Positions 59,836 through 64,000 of a stretch of 64,000 nucleotides of DNA are shown in pieces. Each line of letters begins with the position of its first letter. The stretch's first letter is position 1. The notes under the pieces are model-generated. The model searched no databases, was not told the DNA's origin, and saw only the letters and a list, made by a program, of their open reading frames with translations. The DNA comes from Candidatus Woesearchaeota archaeon (lineage in GTDB: Archaea; Nanobdellota; Nanobdellia; Woesearchaeales; GW2011-AR9), in NCBI GenBank assembly GCA_016188115.1, contig JACPIK010000002.1:680077-744076 (forward strand), given 5' to 3'. The position numbers and the translations under genes are program-made.

Positions 59836-59955
59836 AATCTAATCCCTCTTTTAGTAGGAAAGAATCATTTTATGGTTTATATAGATTGTGATAAGATTAA
59901 ATGCCAAAGAATACAAAACCTTTTTAAAGAACCATTAGTCTGACAACGACATAGT

Positions 59956-60069
59956 GGGCCCGTGGTCTAGCGGTTACGGAAAAATCAATTCCGCCACAGA
60001 TGACAGCGCCCTTACAAGGAGAAATCCTCTGAAAGGCGTTAGTCCCCGGTTCAAATCCGGGCGGGCCCA
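59956..60069 (+). tRNA. tRNA-Val(UAC) with two introns (59976-59999 in D-loop; 60017-60033 at 37/38)
   Basis: GGGCCCG/CGGGCCC acceptor, GCGCC/GGCGT anticodon stem, CCCGG-TTCAAAT-CCGGG; removing both hairpin inserts gives 73 nt; TATA at ~59921. Confidence 0.88.
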
Positions 60070-60143
60070 TTCATACTTCTTTATTCAACAACGATTCCCG
60101 GATGCAAAAACGGGTCACGAACGAGCAAAGCGAAGTGACTCGA

Positions 60144-60189
60144 CCCAGTTCAAATAGAAGATTACATTTCTAGGCAGGCCCATTCATAC
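60144..60189 (+). pseudogene. Degenerate duplicate of tRNA-Val 3' end plus trailer
   Basis: cccagttcaaat...ggcaggcccattcatac versus cccggttcaaatccgggcgggcccattcatac. Confidence 0.6.
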
Positions 60190-60243
60190 CCCTACTTCTC
60201 TAAAACCATACTTTTTATATATCAAAACCGATCTAACTTACTC

Positions 60244-60978
60244 GTGGATCAAAAAATCTTTGACATGCTTTTAGAAGAAGAGGAGATTAGCTGGAAGACT
60301 ATCCTTCAAGATCTCGTTAAGCGAGAAGAAATGGATCCGTGGGATATCGATATCACTGTTCTTACTCAACGTTACATTCAAGTTATTAAAGAGATGAAAG
60401 AGCACGACCTCAAGATTTCAGGAAAAATTCTTCTCGCCGCAGCATTTCTACTCAAACTCAAATGTTCCAACTTACTTGAAAAAGATTTTACCCGTCTTGA
60501 TGCTCTCATGAGTCAAACTGAAAACCTTGACGAACTGGAAGATGAAATTTTTGAAGGAAACGACGGAGAAAAACGCGTCAAAGAGAAATATCAACTCATT
60601 CCACGTAACCCTCAACCTCGTAATCGTAAAGTATCTATGAATGATTTAATTGAAGCATTACAACATGCCATGGAAAGTAAAAAACGCTTCTTAGAAAAAA
60701 TTAGGCCTGTCAAATTCAAATTACCTGAACGTAAAATGGACATCATGGAAGCAATTCGCGATGTTTATCAAAAATTAATTTATTATACACAAAAAGAAAA
60801 CAAAACAACGATCACATTTAGCAAACTTCTTCCACCCAATAGCGGCAAAGATGAAAAAGTGTATACATTTGTGCCATTACTTCATCTAGAAAATCAACAC
60901 CGCGTAGAAATGGAACAAAAAAAAGCATTTGAAGAGATTGCCGTCACCGTACGTGCGCGAAAGACCAAAGTAGCATAA
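60244..60978 (+). CDS. scpA: Segregation/condensation protein A (kleisin)
   Basis: MDPWDIDI..LT..Y, LKISGK.LLAAA.LLKLK, C-terminal FVPLLHL....V..EQ...FEEI. Confidence 0.9.
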   Translation: MDQKIFDMLLEEEEISWKTILQDLVKREEMDPWDIDITVLTQRYIQVIKEMKEHDLKISGKILLAAAFLLKLKCSNLLEKDFTRLDALMSQTENLDELEDEIFEGNDGEKRVKEKYQLIPRNPQPRNRKVSMNDLIEALQHAMESKKRFLEKIRPVKFKLPERKMDIMEAIRDVYQKLIYYTQKENKTTITFSKLLPPNSGKDEKVYTFVPLLHLENQHRVEMEQKKAFEEIAVTVRARKTKVA

Positions 60979-61040
60979 ATTTCCTCTTTGCCATGTACCC
61001 TTCACAACCTTTTTAAAGTCGAAAGTGAGTTCTTCCCTAC

Positions 61041-62915
61041 ATGAAACCGACGAAAAGTATCCAAGTGCCTGCAAAATTAGTGGATCAAGTAATAGGTCAA
61101 GAAGAAGCAGTCAATATTATTCGTAAAGCAGCAGGACAACGTCGTCATGTTCTCTTAATTGGTGATCCAGGTACAGGAAAAAGTATGTTAGGCATGGCGC
61201 TTGCTGAACTTCTCCCTAAATCGGATCTTAAAGATATTCTTTCTTTTCCAAATCCAAATGATGAAAATAATCCTACTATTCAAGAAACACCAGCAGGGAA
61301 AGGCAGAGAAGAAGTCAAAAAATATCAAATTGATGCGAAAGAGATGCTCAAAAGTAACAATTTTCTCTTATTCATTGTCGCTATTATCACTCTTATTGCG
61401 CCCTGGTGGATTCGCTACCATTACAAATCAGATATAATGTTTGCAGCATTTTTCTTAGGCGGTATGATCTTTCTTGCCGCATTCGCCATGATGTTAAGTA
61501 TGGGTCCACGCATGTTTAAACAAGGCATTATTGTCGCACCAAAAGTTATTGTTGATAACTTTGGCAAAAAGCAAGCTCCTTTCTATGACGCAACCGGTGC
61601 TCACGCAGGTGCATTACTAGGAGATGTACTTCACGATCCTTTTCAATCAGGAGGATTAGGAACACCTGCTAATCAACGTGTCGTTGCTGGAATGATTCAC
61701 AAAGCGCACTTAGGCGTGTTATTTATTGATGAAATTGCAACCCTTCATCCCCGAACACAACAAGAACTCTTATCAGCATTACAAGAAAAAAAATTCCCCA
61801 TCACCGGCCAATCAGAACGCTCAGCAGGGGCAATGGTACGCACTGAAGCAGTTCCCTGTGATTTTGTACTCGTTGCTGCAGGCAACCTTGAGACTCTTAA
61901 GAATATGCACCCTGCATTACGTTCACGTATTCGCGGATATGGCTATGAAATCTACATGAATGAAACCATGCCCGATACTCCAGAAAATCGAGAAAAAATA
62001 GCTCGGTTTGTAGCTCAAGAAGTCAAAAAAGAAAATAATAAAATTCCCCATTTCACCATCGACGGTGTTGCCGCAATTATTGAAGAAGCGCGACGCCGTG
62101 CTAACCGCAAAGGGCATCTTACACTCCATTTACGTAATTTAGGAGGTCTGGTACGCGCCGCAGGAGATCTTGCCAAAGAAGAAGGCGTAGAAGTTACACG
62201 TAAACATGTTAAAGCAGCAAAATTACTTGCCCGCCCTCTTGAACAACAACTTGCGGATAAATACATCGAACGCAAGAAAGAATACGAAGTCATCATGACC
62301 ACAGGTAAACGTGTTGGTCGTGTCAACGGTCTTGCTGTTATTGGCGAAGGCAGTGCCCACTCTGGAATCCTTCTTCCTATTGAAGCAGAAGTAACCCCAG
62401 GCGGTAAAAAATCAGAAATCGTGGCAACAGGAAAACTTGGAGATATTGCCAAAGAAGCCGTCAAAAACGTCTCTGCTATCATCCTTAAATATTTTGGAGA
62501 AGACATCAAAGAAAAATACGACATTTTCGTCCAATTTTTGCAAACCTACGAAGGCGTTGAAGGTGATAGCGCGTCTATTGCCGTTGCCACAGCCATTATC
62601 TCTGCATTAAAAGACATCCCTATTCGACAAGATGTTGCCATGACTGGTTCACTCTCCGTACGCGGAGACGTATTACCTGTTGGAGGAGTATCATCAAAAG
62701 TTGAAGCCGCTATTGACGCAGGCATCAAAATAATTATTGTACCTCATTCCAACATACAAGACATCGTTCTTGACGAAGCCAAACTTGCCACCGTAAAAAT
62801 TATTCCAGTTCACACCATTCAAGAAGTTCTGGATAACGCATTAGATTGGGAAGGTAAAGAAAGTTTGAAAGAGAAATTATTTGGCGAGAAAAAGAAAGGA
62901 AAGAAAACTATTTAG
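61041..62915 (+). CDS. lonB: Archaeal membrane-bound Lon protease LonB
   Basis: Walker A GDPGTGKS, two TM helices inserted, LFIDE, EGDSAS catalytic Ser, PVGGVSSK. Confidence 0.96.
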   Translation: MKPTKSIQVPAKLVDQVIGQEEAVNIIRKAAGQRRHVLLIGDPGTGKSMLGMALAELLPKSDLKDILSFPNPNDENNPTIQETPAGKGREEVKKYQIDAKEMLKSNNFLLFIVAIITLIAPWWIRYHYKSDIMFAAFFLGGMIFLAAFAMMLSMGPRMFKQGIIVAPKVIVDNFGKKQAPFYDATGAHAGALLGDVLHDPFQSGGLGTPANQRVVAGMIHKAHLGVLFIDEIATLHPRTQQELLSALQEKKFPITGQSERSAGAMVRTEAVPCDFVLVAAGNLETLKNMHPALRSRIRGYGYEIYMNETMPDTPENREKIARFVAQEVKKENNKIPHFTIDGVAAIIEEARRRANRKGHLTLHLRNLGGLVRAAGDLAKEEGVEVTRKHVKAAKLLARPLEQQLADKYIERKKEYEVIMTTGKRVGRVNGLAVIGEGSAHSGILLPIEAEVTPGGKKSEIVATGKLGDIAKEAVKNVSAIILKYFGEDIKEKYDIFVQFLQTYEGVEGDSASIAVATAIISALKDIPIRQDVAMTGSLSVRGDVLPVGGVSSKVEAAIDAGIKIIIVPHSNIQDIVLDEAKLATVKIIPVHTIQEVLDNALDWEGKESLKEKLFGEKKKGKKTI

Positions 62916-63298
62916 AGATCGTTAAAATACAGTTGAATATCTTCAATTTGGTTTTCACGACTTATGTCATCTGGAAGAAAATGTCTGCGTGTTTTTTCTC
63001 GATTTAGTGTATAATTTTTAATAACCATTGCTCGACTTAGATACGTTACAGCAGCAGCCACTGCAAAAATGCCTCTTTCTGATAGTGAATCCTGATTCAA
63101 TCCAAAAGTAGCGAAACCTAGTGGAGCAAGTTCTAAAACATATCCTAATACAAAATCACTAAAATGATTCACGAAAAGTTTACCTCCACTGAGCCTACCT
63201 TGACTAAATTCTTCTCTAATAAGTGCCCGAATATCTGAATGCTCGTGATAATTTACAATCAGCGAACCAGGGATTAAATCATCAATGTTCATCAACAA
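62912..63298 (-). CDS. Hypothetical membrane protein
   Basis: Two hydrophobic segments; convergent overlap with lonB stop. Confidence 0.5.
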   Translation of the reverse strand: MLMNIDDLIPGSLIVNYHEHSDIRALIREEFSQGRLSGGKLFVNHFSDFVLGYVLELAPLGFATFGLNQDSLSERGIFAVAAAVTYLSRAMVIKNYTLNREKTRRHFLPDDISRENQIEDIQLYFNDL

Positions 63299-63510
63299 GC
63301 AAACTAAATACTTTTTTATAAAATTGACCTCGAAAAGTACAAGAAAAAAAGTTACTGCTTACTCCCACATAACTCCCCCTTAAAAATACAAACTGTAATT
63401 TAATTTCACCCAGCGACAGAACCATCAACATCAGAAGCAGCACAAGATTGCTTTAAATGACAAAGAGTTGCATAAAAATCATAAGTTCATCTGCAAAGCG
63501 CAACCCTACC

Positions 63511-63524
63511 AAAAGCTTTAAAAA
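63511..63524 (+). promoter_or_regulatory. BRE/TATA promoter of rps8e (likely leaderless)
   Basis: aaaagctttaaaaa ending about 24 nt before the ATG. Confidence 0.55.
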
Positions 63525-63547
63525 CCACCCCCTAATTTAAGCTTATT

Positions 63548-63925
63548 ATGGCACGATCTCAATTTCGATCTCAACGTAAACCAAGCGGTGGACGTTTCCA
63601 CGCTTCCCGTAGCAAACGCAACTCTGAACTTGCTGGCTACGTGTCAATGACAAAAGTCTCAACTCAAAAAAGAATGCAAAAGAAACGAGTTGTAGGCGCA
63701 AATTACAAATATTCCCTTCTTCAAGTAAAAGAAATTAACGTAACTGATAAAAGCGGAAAAACTGCAAAAACCCCAATCCTAAATGTTGTAAACAACACTG
63801 CAAATCAAAACCTTGTTCGTCGTAACGTTATTACGAAAGGCGCAGTCGTTGAAACAAAACTTGGACGTGTTCGTGTAACTTCCCGCCCAGGTCAAGAAGC
63901 CAGCGTTAATGGTCGATTAGTTTAG
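63548..63925 (+). CDS. rps8e: 30S ribosomal protein S8e
   Basis: RKPSGGR, N..N.NLVRRNVITKGAVVET, RVTSRPGQ. Confidence 0.96.
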   Translation: MARSQFRSQRKPSGGRFHASRSKRNSELAGYVSMTKVSTQKRMQKKRVVGANYKYSLLQVKEINVTDKSGKTAKTPILNVVNNTANQNLVRRNVITKGAVVETKLGRVRVTSRPGQEASVNGRLV

Positions 63926-64000
63926 ATTTTTCTTCTAATTTCTTTGTTTTAGAAACATTAAAACATTATTACCTATCTTCACTACCTTTTTTCTCCAATT

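Noticed and set aside
59954-60157. 67-aa ORF
   Set aside because: It is tRNA-Val and its trailer
62015-62524. 169-aa ORF antisense to lonB (and similar antisense ORFs in trmI, lrp and the giant genes)
   Set aside because: Shadow ORFs of well-supported genes, with no motifs
1-64000. Provirus, transposon or known defence system
   Set aside because: No integrase, transposase, capsid, terminase, restriction-modification or cas motifs recognised; housekeeping genes are spread throughout

Overview
64-kb gene-dense archaeal chromosomal segment. The markers (TFB, GatD, LonB, eS8, Taw3, TrmI, PAC2, AMP phosphorylase, BRE/TATA promoters, BHB-type tRNA introns), together with bacterial-type grpE-dnaK-dnaJ and mutM, many orphan genes and [KR]G-Q pilin-like leaders, suggest a DPANN archaeon, probably Woesearchaeota-like (inference; no search was run). 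No transposase, integrase, CRISPR array or rRNA was seen. Main highlight: a tightly coupled four-gene minus-strand operon (34937->23635). It encodes two proteins with class III (prepilin-like) leaders, a 1919-aa FN3/Ig/Cys-rich protein, and a secreted 977-aa protein that joins a beta-prism-like module, acidic Cys repeats, an SGNH esterase and a C-terminal lytic transglycosylase. This is a candidate surface apparatus for attacking (O-acetylated) bacterial peptidoglycan. Other items: an unannotated RHH gene coupled to a repeat-bearing APH-like kinase; three more small ORFs missed by the ORF track (Zn-ribbon, mini-pilin, 37-aa peptide); two tRNAs with two introns each (Asn, Val); a degenerate tRNA-Val 3' duplicate; an HD-domain gene inside the dnaK-dnaJ operon; a cyclase-PfkB fusion with an internal RBS; a catalytically degenerate double-HIT protein; and a nucleoside-salvage gene cluster. 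All product calls come from motif recognition only.
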